This document shows positions 25,128-39,140 of a DNA stretch of 64,000 bases, one piece after another. The first letter of the stretch is position 1. The number at the start of each line of letters is the position of its first letter. This DNA comes from Balanoglossus misakiensis (taxonomy: Eukaryota; Animalia; Hemichordata). Location of the stretch: assembly GCA_040954595.2 (NCBI GenBank), contig CM082577.2, forward strand, positions 15,817,903 through 15,881,902. The letters run 5' to 3'. The translations under genes and the position numbers were made by a program. The notes beneath the pieces are model-generated. The model did no database searches, was not told where the DNA came from, and saw only the letters and a list, made by a program, of their open reading frames with translations.

Positions 25128-25400
25128 GTCACCTTCAAGGCTACAGTAATAACAGAACCCACCTCGGACACCATCACCACCAAGGATGGAACTCACCTCA
25201 TCATAACAAAATTCAACCGCGCGGATCACACAGCTTCGATGCCAGCGTATACTCCTGGGGACACGTCTTATCCAACACAAACACTCATAGCTCTACGAAT
25301 ACGCCAGTCACTAAAGTCTACGACGACATGAAATCGATACAACTGGCCTCCCGCACATCGACCACCGAGATTCCAACATCACACCACTCCATCAACCCAT
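25128..25400 (+). pseudogene. RPA70-like OB-fold exon, frameshifted
   Basis: Acceptor TTTCTTTCCTCAAG|; VTFKATVI...TITTKDG...ADHTASM / SWG...TKVYDDMKSIQLASRTST. Confidence 0.5.
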
Positions 25401-25574
25401 CACTGCAACCATCCAATCCATCAACGCCGCTCTCACCCACCACTGCTCCAATTGCAACAAACAAGTCGTCCACACCACCTCCACATTCGTCCGCTGCTAG
25501 CGAGACCTGCAACATGAAACAGTCTGCCACGTAATAATACTGCGAACTCAGAATACTGTCAGGTAATGATAACA

Positions 25575-25790
25575 ATCCCTTCGATATTTTAATTTTAGGG
25601 GAAACCTTTCTTGGGGAATCTCATGCAAGTCTTGATTTTGCTGTGCCTGGTTTTGATTTATATATAAAGGATAGAATTTCTGGAATGGGTAGGGGTCTCC
25701 TTGCATATATCAATAGTAAGATTCATTGTAATCGGAAACATCAGTTGGAGTATACGGACTTTGAAATCATTGTGTTTGAAAAATGCCACA
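25575..25790 (+). mobile_element. LINE apurinic-like endonuclease fragment
   Basis: FDILILGETFL...PGFDLYIKDR..GMGRGLLAYIN. Confidence 0.7.
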
Positions 25791-27672
25791 AGATGAGGTT
25801 TAGAAATGGGGCCCTGCATATAGACGGACAGATATATCGGGGAGGAGATATTGCACATCGACAAAAGTGAAGTACCATACACCATGTCAGAAGTGTTGAC
25901 CCTGAAACCATGAGTTGTGAAATTCCAGAGGATAACCAAACAACAAATGAAGGACATAGTATATTAAAGGAGAAGATCTCCCTTCCATCAACACTTTCAA
26001 GAAAGTATCAAATATTGCAGTGTCGCTTCTGTTGCAAAACATGGGCCGTCAGAACGGAATGTTAATCCGTAGCAAAACAGATGAAACATTGAAGACCTGA
26101 GATACAATTACTTTCTATTTTACCATTTTGGAATGGTTTGATACTTGGAAACCTGCAACGGTATCAGGATGTGTTTGTGTCACCACAGAAAACTGAAACC
26201 AGGGCAACAAATGAGTTGCAGAAAACTGGATGCCAGAGGTCAAAATCTACATCCTCAACAGGAAAATCCCCAAATTCTGTGCCATCATGTACAAATCAAT
26301 CAAACCGAGACAGGAAGACATCGCCATAGCGGTATTGAAATACAAAAAAAGATACATGTATCAACACAATTTGGTGTCACTGTGGAAGCTGATACAATAA
26401 AACCTGGCACAGAAGGCTGACCAATTCTACAAAACAAGGTACTTACTACAATCCACCGAAAGAGTCATCCAAGCAAGATCCACAAGAAGGAAGGTTAACT
26501 GGACGTACCAACAGAACCACTGGTAGAACAAAAGCAGATGTATAAAATTCAGCAGCTAAAGTCATCAACACTGGTCTCACCCATCAAAGTCTCCCATGTA
26601 ATGGGTCATCAATGGTAAAAAAATGATATACCACTTGAGATTTAGAGAATCATGTACGAAGACCCATAATGGACGAAAACACACATTATGCAACATAATG
26701 TGTGAGTCGAATGCTGAGCACATTATGGAGTACAATGTGTGCTTGAGTCCATTATGGGTCTTTGGGGCGTACATTTTTCTTATTATTTTATAGTTTTGTC
26801 AATGTCAGTGAATTGTTCAAAAATCTTTAAAATACCATAGGTGCGAGCAATTCAGACTCAGACACGGAGATCGAGAACAAAGCAATGGCATACGCGTAAA
26901 CAAAAGGTCAGCTGATCTCGGTGTATCAGTGTACTGTACATTTCTAGTATCATATTCAAACATCAGGAAATAAACAATGAAGGTTTATTAACGCAAGTGA
27001 AAATTCATTTAAGGGCCTGTATATATATATTTTGTGAAATTTTGGTGAGGGAATATAGCATTTGTTTGCGTTCTCAGGAAAGTTCACATATACGGGCGCT
27101 CTGAAGGTTGCCATACATAAACAAACTCGCCCTCGATCAACCATACGTACCGCGTAGACAACCGAAACATGTCCACATGCAACACAGCACTTCTGCGCAA
27201 CATTCAGCCACACCATTTAAAACATCACGTACACCATTTTTATTCAACAAACGGAACCACCCACCCACCTCACTGCCATCTTCCCTTAATTCCAGTTGAT
27301 ACAATACACCATTAACCTCTATGTATATGTTGCAGTTATTAACTACACCCACACGTCCACATACCTTCAATCCCGCTGGTACATTTAAGAGTAACGTCAC
27401 AAATCACTACATCTTAGATACCCCTCAATCATTTCAACCAATTTCTCACTCACGCCTACAACTACACTTTAACGTGTTTGTAATCACATCGATTCTCCAC
27501 ATATCCACATCTACATACACACACACACACACACACACTGCCTTATTTCATATCCCACACACTGCGTATCCCATATACTAGGTATGATGGCACTTTTGAA
27601 ACTTGCCCCTTTTATGCTCTCAAACATTTTATACCTACCAAACCTCCCTCCCATACCATATACGTCTTCCAG

Positions 27673-28772
27673 GTCTACACTGCAGCCAAGGCAATACAGC
27701 TCGCTGACCACAGCACCCACACCAAGACCATATCATCAGGAATAACACTGCAGAAACAAATGATATACATGGCCGACCACACAGCCCTCTGGGGTCAAGA
27801 CATCCGACAAGTTCACATCGGCCACACCTACCTATTTAAGAACCTATCCGTTCTTTTTTTAAACAAAAAACTCTCACTACTACCACAGAAACCGTTATCA
27901 CCCCCACTGTCAACATCGAAAACATCACAAATGACGCAGACCCCGCCACAACACTCACATAACAGATAGAATCGGCACAGTCCACCAAGAAATACATATG
28001 CATCTGCAGGAAAACCCTCCCACCGTTCCCCACAGAAATACAGTGCAGCTTAGGAATAGCTTTCCAATTTGCTAACAACTTGCTGACACGGTGTTTATAA
28101 TGAGCCAACACAGTGTTAGCCTGTGTGTTCCAAGTGTTACAAAGGTGTGAATCTGTTGGCCCTGGCACTTGGCATTGTTCAGTGTTAGCATGTGCTACAA
28201 AGGTGTTAAACCTTGGCACACCCTATTGTTTTGGCACACAGTGTTAGCCTGTGTGTTCCAAGTGTTACAAAGGTGTGAATCTGTTGGCCCTGCCACTTGG
28301 CATTGTTCAGTGTTAGCACCTTGGCGCACCCTATTGTTTTGGAACACCCCAGTTAAACACAAGCCCAATAGGTGCTAATTAGAGCGCCAATAGGGTGCCA
28401 ACCCAGAGTTGACCCAGTGTTTAAACAGAGCTGACCCAGTGTTGGTGCAGTTGGAAAGCTATTCCTAAGCTGCACTGTAACAACAGTAAAATGTCCAAGC
28501 CGCCAGATGAGGCTGAAAACCTCCAGGTTAACACCCTCAGTCACAACCCACATCACCTTTGCCACATCCACCTAACAGATCCACAAACTTTACATCCCCT
28601 CTCACATCCTCTCCGACATGTTTACATGCACCCTCTGACCCTCACTGACATCGACGAGGAACTCCTGCTCGATATGCAGCCCCGCACCTTCAAAGTCATG
28701 GACTACCAGGTCCTTGCACACATACCTGCAACATCCACCTTAACTCCACAAACAACATATGAATATTCATGA
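27673..28772 (+). pseudogene. RPA70-like gene remnant (OB fold, zinc ribbon, C-terminal OB) interrupted by a MITE
   Basis: Acceptor CTTCCAG| at 27672; LQKQMIYMADHTALWGQDIRQVHIGHTYLFKNLSV; KKYICICRKTL...[MITE]...VKCPS.QMRLKTS; DIDEELLLDMQP. Confidence 0.55.
28041..28477. mobile_element. MITE with 27-bp TIRs, TA TSD and an internal direct repeat
   Basis: TA|CAGTGCAGCTTAGGAATAGCTTTCCAA ... TTGGAAAGCTATTCCTAAGCTGCACTG|TA; duplicated internal block at ~28108 and ~28237. Confidence 0.85.
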
Positions 28773-29551
28773 GTTATTTATGAACGAATAAGATTGCTTC
28801 AGACACTCTTCACTCTCAGAATCCAAAAAATATTCAAGACCAGTACAAAAGTAAACCACACCCACAAATCTGTGACAAACTTGTGACAGGACGTGATACA
28901 GAAACTAACCTCACAAGAAGCCAAAACAACAATCTGCAGGAGGGCTATTGTCCACGCCGCTGGAAACAGGCGCGAGGATCCAACATGGCCGACACAATTG
29001 ACAACAACACAGTTGATACTGATCGTTTTCTACAGCAGCTCCTGAACCAGCCAACGAGTAGTCCAACCGCAGCTCCAGCCGGAACACCGCCATTACAAAG
29101 CTTATTGAACTCTTTGTTGGACTCAAAAACACTTAATCTATGTGTCGACTACATGCCTAGATGTTACAATTTTATTTGATGCATTAAAATAAGACATGTA
29201 ATAGTATTAACAGCTACTACTGTACATTTACATTGACTTTTTTATCAGGTAAATAGAAATGTTCGAAAGACAAGGTGACACAGGAAAGAGAAGAGAGAGA
29301 TCTAGAAATGAAAGAAGATGACACCACAGCAACTGGTGAAGCGTCCTTTGTAAGTGACAATTCTAGTAAGTTATACATACGGATAGAGAAAATTATCACA
29401 AACCTATATATCGAAATATAGCAAAAATAGCGTCAAGGACACTGTGGTCCCAGGATTACGCAGAAAAAAGGATACACCAGAATAAAAATTACTGGTGATA
29501 TTGCGAGCAGATATGATCTAATCACATATAAATTTGGAATGTAAAAAAATT

Positions 29552-29851
29552 AACAAGGAACGTGCCCAATAAACTGCCATGTGTCATGGCAGTCTTACAA
29601 GTGGTGCTAGAAAAATTTATTTTTGACCAAAAATTGTCTGTACAAACACATATGACAAGCAACTTCTTTCAGTCAGCCCTGGAACAGACAGACAGACAGA
29701 CACACAGACAGACACACACACTGACCTGCCACTGGTAATTAGAAATTTATTACCTGTTGTGGACGGACATATAGACATACATCCATCCATACATCCATAC
29801 AGACACAACTGATTCCATAAGGTCCCATGGTACATACCAATGGGACGTAAT
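29552..29851 (+). mobile_element. Short Helentron/DINE-1-like non-autonomous element
   Basis: 5' AACAAG, (GACA)n/(CATC)n microsatellite core, 3' stem-loop GTCCCA...TGGGAC followed by A-rich bases. Confidence 0.45.
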
Positions 29852-31020
29852 AAGTGCAGTATAAACTGCTAGATGTTTATGGTGATGATCACGATGTAAA
29901 GGCACACAAAGCATCAGCTTGTAATGTTATACTAAATGCCAGTAAACCAGATAATAACCCTTCAAGTAAGTGGAGGAGAATGAAAGTTAGTGAGACCACC
30001 AACACTGTCATGTAGATATTTGTCTCCCTGATGGATAGGTAGGCCAGAGTGATAGTGGTAATAATAGCCAGCAGTTACGTGAGGACCGTTTCCGGATTTG
30101 TATACGAGACCTGGAGAGTGACAACGGCCGGGGGACTCTGTGGGAGACCAGTAGGCTAACCAACACCCTTGGTCCCCTGGTGTTGTCATACCATCGGTTG
30201 GAAGAAGCGGGAATTCTCTTACGAGGTCAGTGCGCCCTTGCGGTAGCGAAAGACCGGTTGGGTTAGGTCCGTGTGATTCACAAAGAAATTTCTGGGCTTT
30301 CCGCGGCAGTGGGTGGATGCCAATCTGCCCCAACGCAGTAGAGCCAAAATAAAGTGGCCCGACCCCAAGCCAAAGCGAAAGTCTGCGCCAGTGTCCAACA
30401 AGCCGGCTGACGGAATGTATCAGGACTTCCGCCTGCAGTACCCTAAGATCGTGGAGTCTTGGCAGCGGGATTCTAGAAACCTGGAAAGCCCACAGGGGAC
30501 AGCTGCATCCGCAGCAACGACTTCCGGTTGGGCCCTGCACCCCTGTGTATTAAGCTTTTACAGGTTTCCCCGTATTGTAAATGTTATGTTTTCATATGTC
30601 TTTTATTATAAAATAATGTGTCCAACTTCATGCACTGTCTTAAATCTTATCCACCTTGATATCACCACTTCAACAATTCATGTAATACAACTACGCACAA
30701 CTGTTGCTCTCTACATCCCAAGATTTCCAATTGTCAATCCTACATGTCATTGTCATTTCTTGACTTAATTCCATTACAATCATGTCTCACACAACCAATC
30801 TCCGCTAGGTCACTTTAAACCTCTTCAAACACAATCTTGACTTTTTATTACCTTCCAGGCTTTGTGTTTCACAATTCCACACACAAAATTCCCATTCGAC
30901 GAACACGCCAAGATGCGGGGTGCTCTAAATGCGTTCCCGTAAAGATCAATAAACCATTCTGTAATTGTGACAGATAATTGCTTTTTGAAATTAATTGCAT
31001 AAATATTGATTTCTTGCAGG

Positions 31021-31191
31021 TTTTCAATCATGCATATCTCGATGAGACCATCTTGGCGATATCAAGGGCATGGTCTATTGGATGTTGGTGATAGGCGTGT
31101 TATACCCAGCTGTTGTGTGTGGAGGTTCAAGGACAGATACCTTGATCCATTTAGTAATTACACAGGATTTATTCCTAATCGATTTGCATAA
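31021..31191 (+). pseudogene. P2X7 C-terminal-like domain exon (KolobokP accessory-protein type)
   Basis: [34 protein letters not shown]; its last ~55 bp are also at 2027-2085. Confidence 0.7.
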
Positions 31192-31204
31192 AATACTTTA
31201 ACAA

Positions 31205-31865
31205 TGAAGTCCTAGGACAGTTGTTTCGTTAGCCTTGCAAGTGGCACAATTTATATCTGGTAATCACTTTAGTGATATATCCAAATGTTTGGATGTTTCT
31301 TTGGGAATTAGTGTTTTATCAAGACCGCCATTTCAGAATATTCTGAAGATGTTCTATCCAATTGTCAAATAAGTAGTTGATGAAATGTGTCTGAATGCCA
31401 AAAATTAAATAAAAGCACTGCCTGTTAGCAAAATTGGTAGTTAGAAGAGAGTGGTTACCACCTCAGATGGCACATGGCTGACAAGAGGGAGTTACAGTAA
31501 GAATTTTACCTTTACAGTTAGCCTTTTTCTCAACAATTCTCTGTTGTACTATTTACATTTATGTCAGTGAGGTAATGATTATATTAATGAACCATTGTAT
31601 CCTGGTACATCTAAATCTGCAGAGGGATTTGCTGCTGAAAAAAAGGCTAAAGATGAAAGAATGAATTTTGAAGTAAATTGGCAGGATAATGACTCAAGCA
31701 GCATAAAATCATCTAGAAGTGTGTATCCTGCGGATAAAAACAAAGTCATGTTTTGTGGTGGTCATGTCACCAGAGATCATACCAACCAGCTGCAGAAACT
31801 TTCTGCCATGAAGTCTGCTACTTGAGCATTCATTTCCAGACAAAGCAAGAAGTACCCTAAAATTA
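31205..31865 (+). pseudogene. Kolobok-type transposase fragment, copy 2
   Basis: Near-identical to 2103-2760, including shared stop codons; followed by the same TTAA|AGGGAC terminus. Confidence 0.75.
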
Positions 31866-32189
31866 GAAATTAAAGGGACAAAGTATCTCTCTCGCTGCCC
31901 TTTTTCCATTTATTATGTTTGATACAAGACACCGTTCATGTTATTCTACATGTGGATATATAGTGAATCAATGTTCGACCACACACAAATTCCTTCCCAT
32001 TTGTAGAATATGAGTGTAAAGATCTCGCAAAAAATGAATAAATGGTAAGGACTGAATATTCATTTTGGCGAGTTTTTCACTCTCGTGTCTACAATTGCCC
32101 GTGAAGCCTACCAGCATTATCAACCCGATTGAGCTGGCTGAACGTCTTTTGGAAGACCCTCGCGCAGACGATATTGACGTAGCCGATGT

Positions 32190-32645
32190 GCAGTGGTCAG
32201 AAACTTCCGAAGAAGATATACATTTATTTAATTTTAACGGCAGCGAGTCTGGCACGATCTCGACTGTACGGGCGATCAGCTTGATTTCTTTCAGCTGTTC
32301 ATGACCGATGATTTTCTTGACCACCTTGTTCGCGAAACCAACAAGTACGCGCAGTTCAAACAAGATCTGGTACAGAAAGTCGACAATGAATGGAGTCCGG
32401 TAGACAGAAATGAAATGAAGGCGTACATTGGTCTAATTATTTTAATGGGTATTCACCGATTACCTGAGATACGAGACTACTGGTCAACAGATGATTGCCT
32501 TCATGTCGCGGGAGTAGCGAAAGTCATGCCGTGAAACCGGTTTATGAAGCTCAATTAATATTTTCATGTGAACGATCCTTCTGCTGAACCTGACCGTCAA
32601 GACCCCGACAGAGATTGTCTGTACAAAGTTCGACCGATAATCGGA
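32190..32645 (+). pseudogene. piggyBac (PGBD4-like) transposase fragment
   Basis: LDHLVRETNKYA...EMKAYIGLIILMGI.RLPEIRDYWS...VMP*NRF...YFHVND...DCLYKVRPII. Confidence 0.85.
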
Positions 32646-35253
32646 CCAAATTCGTTCCAAGTTGTTGTAATATTCGGAAAAAATAGATTTTCTCATTATG
32701 CTAGGAATACAAGTGGGCACTTATCAGATGTATATGATTGAAGAAATAGAAATTTATAAAAAATATGTGCTAAGAGACAGTTGCGCTTTTTTTGCCCAGG
32801 CTTACATGATACAAAATGCATTTCCGGTCTGTACATATGTGCCGTAATAAAACAGTCCCCGGTAGATTTTTAAATGATGTCACTCTATCAGCAAAGCATG
32901 AGTAAATGTCTTGTCATTCATGAGGCATGTTTCAGCAGGCAGGTTCACCACACGTATGTCTAATTTGCTGGTTAACGAGAATTGAGTTCTGCGCCTGCTC
33001 AAATAAATCAGGGACATGTGTCAGGTAGTTACAGCCTCTCTCGATATGTTCCTAAGGACTTTTAATCAATAAAATGTCAATGAAGTGTCAAAATTGATAT
33101 TATAGTCCTCCTTTTATGAATACTAAAGAGTTTAGCGGGTGGTTTAACCGCAAACGCGCGACAATTGCTTTGTGGCGAGACCACGCAAGCGAGCGCTATG
33201 GCCGGTACCAGCTGTTGTTTACAGGTTTCAGGTCAGATTTGAACAGCAATTTTTCATACTTTCTTGAGTTTGTCAGTTATTTATGTCCAGATAGCGAGGT
33301 AAATTAACTAGTTTAGATGCAGTTGGCACATGGTTTCTTTGAGGCTAATTTTTTAAAAGTGTTTTTCCAAAAAAAATTACGTTGTCGAGGCCCATTTCTC
33401 ATCGTTTATTCAAGGCAACATGCCAACTTGGAAATGTACCCAACCCCACACAAAACAGAACACAGTTGTTTATTTTAAAGTGGCGACACATACGGCAACC
33501 TGCAAACAGCATTGTCGAGAATTTTGAAATCATAGTCCTGCTGCTAATGAATGCGAAAATTGTACGCCATAATGGTACATGTATATAGATTATGACTTCC
33601 TTCTTTACTTTTTATGACATTTAAGATATTTGCGTTTGGTGACTATGAATACCTGTGTTAAAAGTAAGGCATTAGTGGTGCAAGTGGTAGGCACTTTTGT
33701 CTGTGGTGTCTGGTGTCCCAAGAAGAGTCACAGATTCCCTGGCACCTAAGAGAGTGTCGGCCAAGGTCATTGGATGACCTCGCGAAACGGACCATCAACA
33801 ATTCATGACAACTGGCAAGGGAAAGCTGTCTAATGCGAAAAACTTCAACTATGTGATCAATGATGTGATATTTGATATTCCACTATCACAGGTAATTTAA
33901 ATGCATGAATTAGGAATGTACAATAAATGACTGAGTGATTACTTGTAATTGTAAAGACTTCATATTTGTGCTTATTTATGGTTACAGACACAATGTATAT
34001 TATGTCTTGCATTCTGCATTGTTTTCGAACTTACCTTTGCAGTTTGTAAATATTGGTAGTTCCGAAAAAGGCGTGACTTCATGGGCACTACAATCTCTAA
34101 ACAAGTGACGTTGCTATCATCTCGGATTTAATGTTTTAGTTTTCATTTTGAAAAAAGCATAATAATACGCTTGTAATTTGGACAGCATTTGTGAAAAAAA
34201 TTTGGCAATGTGAACCTTAATAATATTTCATTTTCAGGTCATACAGCTGTTCCAGTTTTATGCTGTATACTACAGCAGGACCTACTACATCGGAAAGCTG
34301 ATAGCCATTCTTGATGGGTTTTTCGATTTTACATTTCTCCACAAGAAAGGGGTTAGTGAAGACACTGACAATATCAGCAGGGACAGAATTTGTTTTTTTC
34401 GGGAAGGGGGGACCAATCCCTCTCACTGGTCAGGGATTAAAATTTCACATTCAAGAAAATGTTTAAAGGAACTTCAATGTCAATATCAGAAACTAAAAAA
34501 AACAACTGTAGTAGGGTAAATTGATCGAGTTAGCATTTCAATTATATTGATAGCACATTCAGTGAACAGAGGTATGAAACTTATTGTTGTCATTATTTCC
34601 ATATTTGATGCAAGTATTTCTGCAGACTATATATTGTTTTGGGGCCAGTTTCGTGTAAACGCTATTGCAAGCAATCATATTTTTTCCAGAAGTCTTAATC
34701 AGTTTAAAGCGCCTTTCTTTTTTCTGTTTATTTTAGAAGGATATACTGAGTTCAAAATAAATTGTTGTTCATTGGAATTACATGGGTTTTATTTTTCTGC
34801 TTCTTTGTTGCAGTATTGTATTTGTACAGATATGTATTAAAGAGTGTCCAATGTATTGCTTACATTTCAGCATATGTGATGGCATCTGCCAGAAAGTAGG
34901 ACCTATCAATAAACGAAAAAGAACTAACAAGAATTTTAACAAACAAATGTAGTGGTGCAAAAAGAGCTGTCACCAAGTGCTTGCAAGCAGCAGTTTGACC
35001 GAGCCTTCAAAGATAGAAGCAATAAAATTGTAATATGGTTTTGGGAGTACACCCACTTTTAACTTTGGAGTATCCTACTTGATTGAAATATGCAAATACT
35101 GAATTGAAATTTATAGTGTAAAACTTAGATATTAGATACTAGATAACTCCAATCACTTTCAACTTTAGAGTTTTCTACTTGATAATAGTAAGCAGCAAGT
35201 AATTGAAATTTATATTTTAAAACTTAATAATTGTTTGTATTTAAGACACTATT

Positions 35254-35546
35254 TGTTATTCTACATGTGGATTTATAGTGAATCAACATCCGACCACACA
35301 CAACTTCCAGCCCACTTGTATACACAAGATTGGAAAACTCGCCAGAATGAACAATGTGTCTGTACTGTTTATTCTTTAGGCGAGATTTTTTTACTCTAAC
35401 ATCGTACAAACGGGATGGAGGTTGTGTGTTGTCGAAAATTGATTCACTATATATCAACATGTAGAATAACATAAACAGTGTTTGTATCAAACATAATTAT
35501 TCAATTTGGTAAAAAAGGCAGCGAGGGAGAGACTTTGTCCCTTTAA
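35254..35546. mobile_element. Kolobok-type MITE, left end truncated
   Basis: TGTTATTCTACATGTGGAT..GTGAATCAA pairs with TTGATTCAC...ACATGTAGAATAACA; right end GTCCCT|TTAA. Confidence 0.6.
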
Positions 35547-35605
35547 GCACCAGACTATATATTTCCAAATATTTTTAACTTTAGAGTTTTCTTCTCAATA
35601 GTAAT

Positions 35606-37433
35606 CAGTCAGATCGCACGGTACTCATTAACATATGTAAATGAAGGAAAGGACTTCAAACCATGTAGCCATTAGAGTTGGCCCCGCTGACAGGTCGCGA
35701 AATAGGCCATTTTTTTACCTGATATTATAGAGCTGTTTTCAGGCGATGTGGATTATTTTAAGACAAAACCGTGGATTCACTTGAAGGTAGGTATACTGGA
35801 TTGTTACTGAATGATTTTTTGGCAACTTCTGTCGTGTAGTTTCTTTGTAATCACGAAATTTCTGACGACTGTGAAAAAACACATAGCGTTGACATCCTCT
35901 CGATTATTTTTAAGCTGACCGTTACACATGGATTTTACCACGAAATTTCAAACTTTTATCAAAATATAGACATCAAACTCCCTCTCTTTGAGTTTTCATT
36001 CACTTCCAAGCTTTGATAGTGACGATATGACCAGTTCAATTTTGTTTACCTTTCAACCTGTGAGCGCCATTTTGTTTACTTTTCAACCCGTGAGCGCCAC
36101 TTCTTCTGCAAAATGGCGGGAGAAGACAGCATGCATGTGTACGTATATACGCTGGCGCAGGCTTGATCCTGGGTTGTACCAGCTGCGTAGTTTTCCCTCC
36201 TCACTCGTGCGAAGAAATTTTGATTGCTGATATGTACTCCCGAGTTTTACTAAACTCTAACAATTATTTTATGAAAGTTTGCCCGTCAAGGAAACTCACT
36301 TTTTTAATTTTATTGTTCTTTCAGATTGATGAAGACTGATTTTTGTGGTTGTGGTGTTGCAGTTGACTGTTTTATTTTAGCTGTCTGAGTTGACAATTTA
36401 TTCTGTATTTTGTTGTATTTTTAACTCTTTATCCTGTATTTTGTAGTAGTATTTTGAACACTGTTTAATAAATAAATTACTATTATTATTATTTATCGAC
36501 CCAATGCAATGATGACAAATCGCTCGCCTTCAGACACAAATGTTGTATTTATTGCATATATATCATCAGCGAATAAAGGGAAGTGGTTTCGAAGTTGCAC
36601 TTGGCATTTTCGAAAAGTCTACTTATATCCCACGATGTGGAGAGAAAAAAAATACAAAATACGTCAGCTGAGCTCCTCACGTACAGTAAACCTGGCATTC
36701 TGTGCATGGGTATTAATCAAATATTTGTTTGTAGCCCAATGTAGGCGTACGGCGTGGAGCACCCGGGCGCGGCACTCGTGCGATTGATTGATGTTGTGTT
36801 GAAATCAGGCCAGTAATTGAGTTAAAACTTGGCTGATATGTTACCTTAGAGTGTTATACACTATCCAGTAACTTTCACTTGACAAGTGTCTTTTAGAAAC
36901 TGTTTTCCCCACGATAAACGTGTCGTTTCACGAGCAACGCAACACTTCCGTATTTACAAGCCTAACATGGAGAGGTCAACGTAGGGCCTATACTTCCGGG
37001 TCATATCGTCGAAGTACATTGATTATTTTTAAGCTGACCGTTACACAGGCATTTCGAATTAATTTCTTTTCACGGATGTTGGGACCGATATTAGACCTAT
37101 CTGTCACGAAAACTTGGTTAACTTCCGAGGTCGTCTTCAAATGATTTTTGGCACGTTTGTGGACGTCTCTTCCGAGGTCACCAACATACCACCGAAAACA
37201 CGCTAAAAACTACTACTATTACCGACAGATTCTCATAAAATTTACGTCTGCAGTGCAAAATGGGAATCACTTTCGAAATTTATCGAGCTAGCATGGTATT
37301 TTATTGTACCACGGAGTGTAAAAATCAAGTTGAAAATCACCTTGAAAACTAGCCTATTGCCGTCTGTTTGAAAGTTAACGGTCGCTGGCTTGACGAACTT
37401 TCATATGCAAATGAGCACCGTGCGATCTGACTG
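35606..37433. mobile_element. Non-autonomous TIR transposon with 4-bp TSD TAAT (Academ- or Sola-like)
   Basis: TAAT|CAGTCAGATCGCACGGTACTCATT ... AATGAGCACCGTGCGATCTGACTG|TAAT; it interrupts a local AT-rich repeat that resumes after it. Confidence 0.75.
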
Positions 37434-38502
37434 TAATAGGCGGAAACTGAATTGAAATTTACAGAATAAAACTTATATATTAGATACTAGATATTTCCAA
37501 TTATATTCATCACTCTTTTCTTTTAATATGACCATGTATTTGAAAATTAGAAGTATGGAAAGAGTACTTCAGATAAGGGATAATCTAGGCAGCTTAGTGA
37601 TAGGATAGACTACCAAATAAAATGCTGAACTGAAGCAGGGGCGTAGGAAGCGATTCATGGTTAGGGGGGATATGCTTATAAACATGACAATCAAGGATGC
37701 CCACAACTAATTCTGCAATTGTATAACACTGCATTTTTGCAAGGAATATTGTGCAAAAAGGCATTTCAGAAGCCAAAGAAAGTTACCAAACGAAAGGTGT
37801 TCAGACGGTATTTCCATAACATCACCGTCCATCTACCTGATAAACTTAGATTGGTTTCTCTGCGGGCAACAAATGCTGAAAACATGGAGGAAGTTTTCAA
37901 CCGAATGCAGAGAGTGTCAAGATCAGGCAAAATTACTTGTCCAGTTTCTGTAAACTGAGCGCTACATTTGCTGTTTTAGGGAGACTTCTGAATCAGATAA
38001 TGTGCTAATTTGCCATTTACGTCACACGAAGAATGAGTTAATACCTCATAAGCATCTTGGCATTTCATACACTACTGCAAAAGAGTTTATGAAGGTCGGT
38101 ATACCAAAAATTCGTTGGGGATATTTCTATCTTTGGCACTTAAAGTTTCAGGGCAGGGGGAGCAACTGCAGCAGCCAACTGCAATGTTAATGAGAGATGT
38201 TTGGCCAGGCACAGCGGGTGGAAATCAACCAGTTCTAAAGATAGATATTTTGTTGACTCCTTAAGTATGAAACTTGAAGTACCACGGTCACTTGGCGTAT
38301 AATGGGTTTTATCTGTTTTCACCTGGAACTACTATCTGGCTATTCCACTAGTCTTGTGGGGTATAAGACAACCACCGTATGCTACCGGATTTATTGTGTT
38401 TTGTCTTAATTTCTTAGTATGTTCAAGTTTAGTATAGATTGGATAATTATATGCGTTTCGAAGATTAGCATATAATTACTATATCTATTCATAACGTACG
38501 TT

Positions 38503-39140
38503 CAGTGACACTGAACAATATGGCATCCAGGTTAACAGGCGTACCAACATTGAACCAGCTCAAAAATCAACAATTCAATTCACTTACAAACAACCTTCAT
38601 CCCTCCAACACAAACCATTGCAAGAGATCAAGGACTCCTCCCTCCCAGAACAGACAGGAAGTATACACCCAATGACATCACACAATGCCCTTAAAGCCAC
38701 ATCTCAACTACTGTGGTATATTTTATTTTTACAGAAAATTATTTCCACTGAACACATACATTTCCATTTCCAATACTACTTGTCAACACCTTTGCAACAA
38801 AATAACAACTCTGACTTTGCACTAAAATTTTATTTCGCCTGACAACCCAGTCCAACATCATATCAACAACACCTATTGCCACTGTTTCCCCCTCTACAAC
38901 AAACAGTTTTAGAAGTGGCATCTTCTGTGTCATAGATGGCACTTATCTAGAGTATCCCACTTTACGCCAGACCCTAGGGACGGATGAAGACATACTGCTA
39001 AACCTGCCAGTCCACATACACTATCAAGCAAGACATGGCAAAGTTACAAAGATTGAGGAAGTAAACCAATCTCCAGCTTGCAACTTTCCTGACACTACTA
39101 TCCTACAAGACAAAGTACCAACACTGATCATCAAGCATTA
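38503..39140 (+). repeat. Diverged copy of 24674-25080 followed by a possible OB-protein C-terminal fragment
   Basis: CAGTGACACTGAAC...CATCCAGGTTAACAGGCG...CTCTACAACA shared with the earlier copy; then DEDILLNLPVHIHYQARHGKVTKIEE. Confidence 0.6.

Noticed and set aside
29962-30540. GC-richer segment with 192-aa and 151-aa ORFs
   Set aside because: No recognisable domain in any frame; probably a fragment of an unidentified element, so no call is supported.
31021-31191. Host P2X7 receptor gene
   Set aside because: Only the C-terminal motif is present, with no channel exons; this domain is a known Kolobok accessory protein.
31870-35546. A single 3.7-kb Kolobok element carrying piggyBac cargo
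   Set aside because: A second left-end copy at 35254 pairs with the right end more simply, so two separate truncated copies are more likely.
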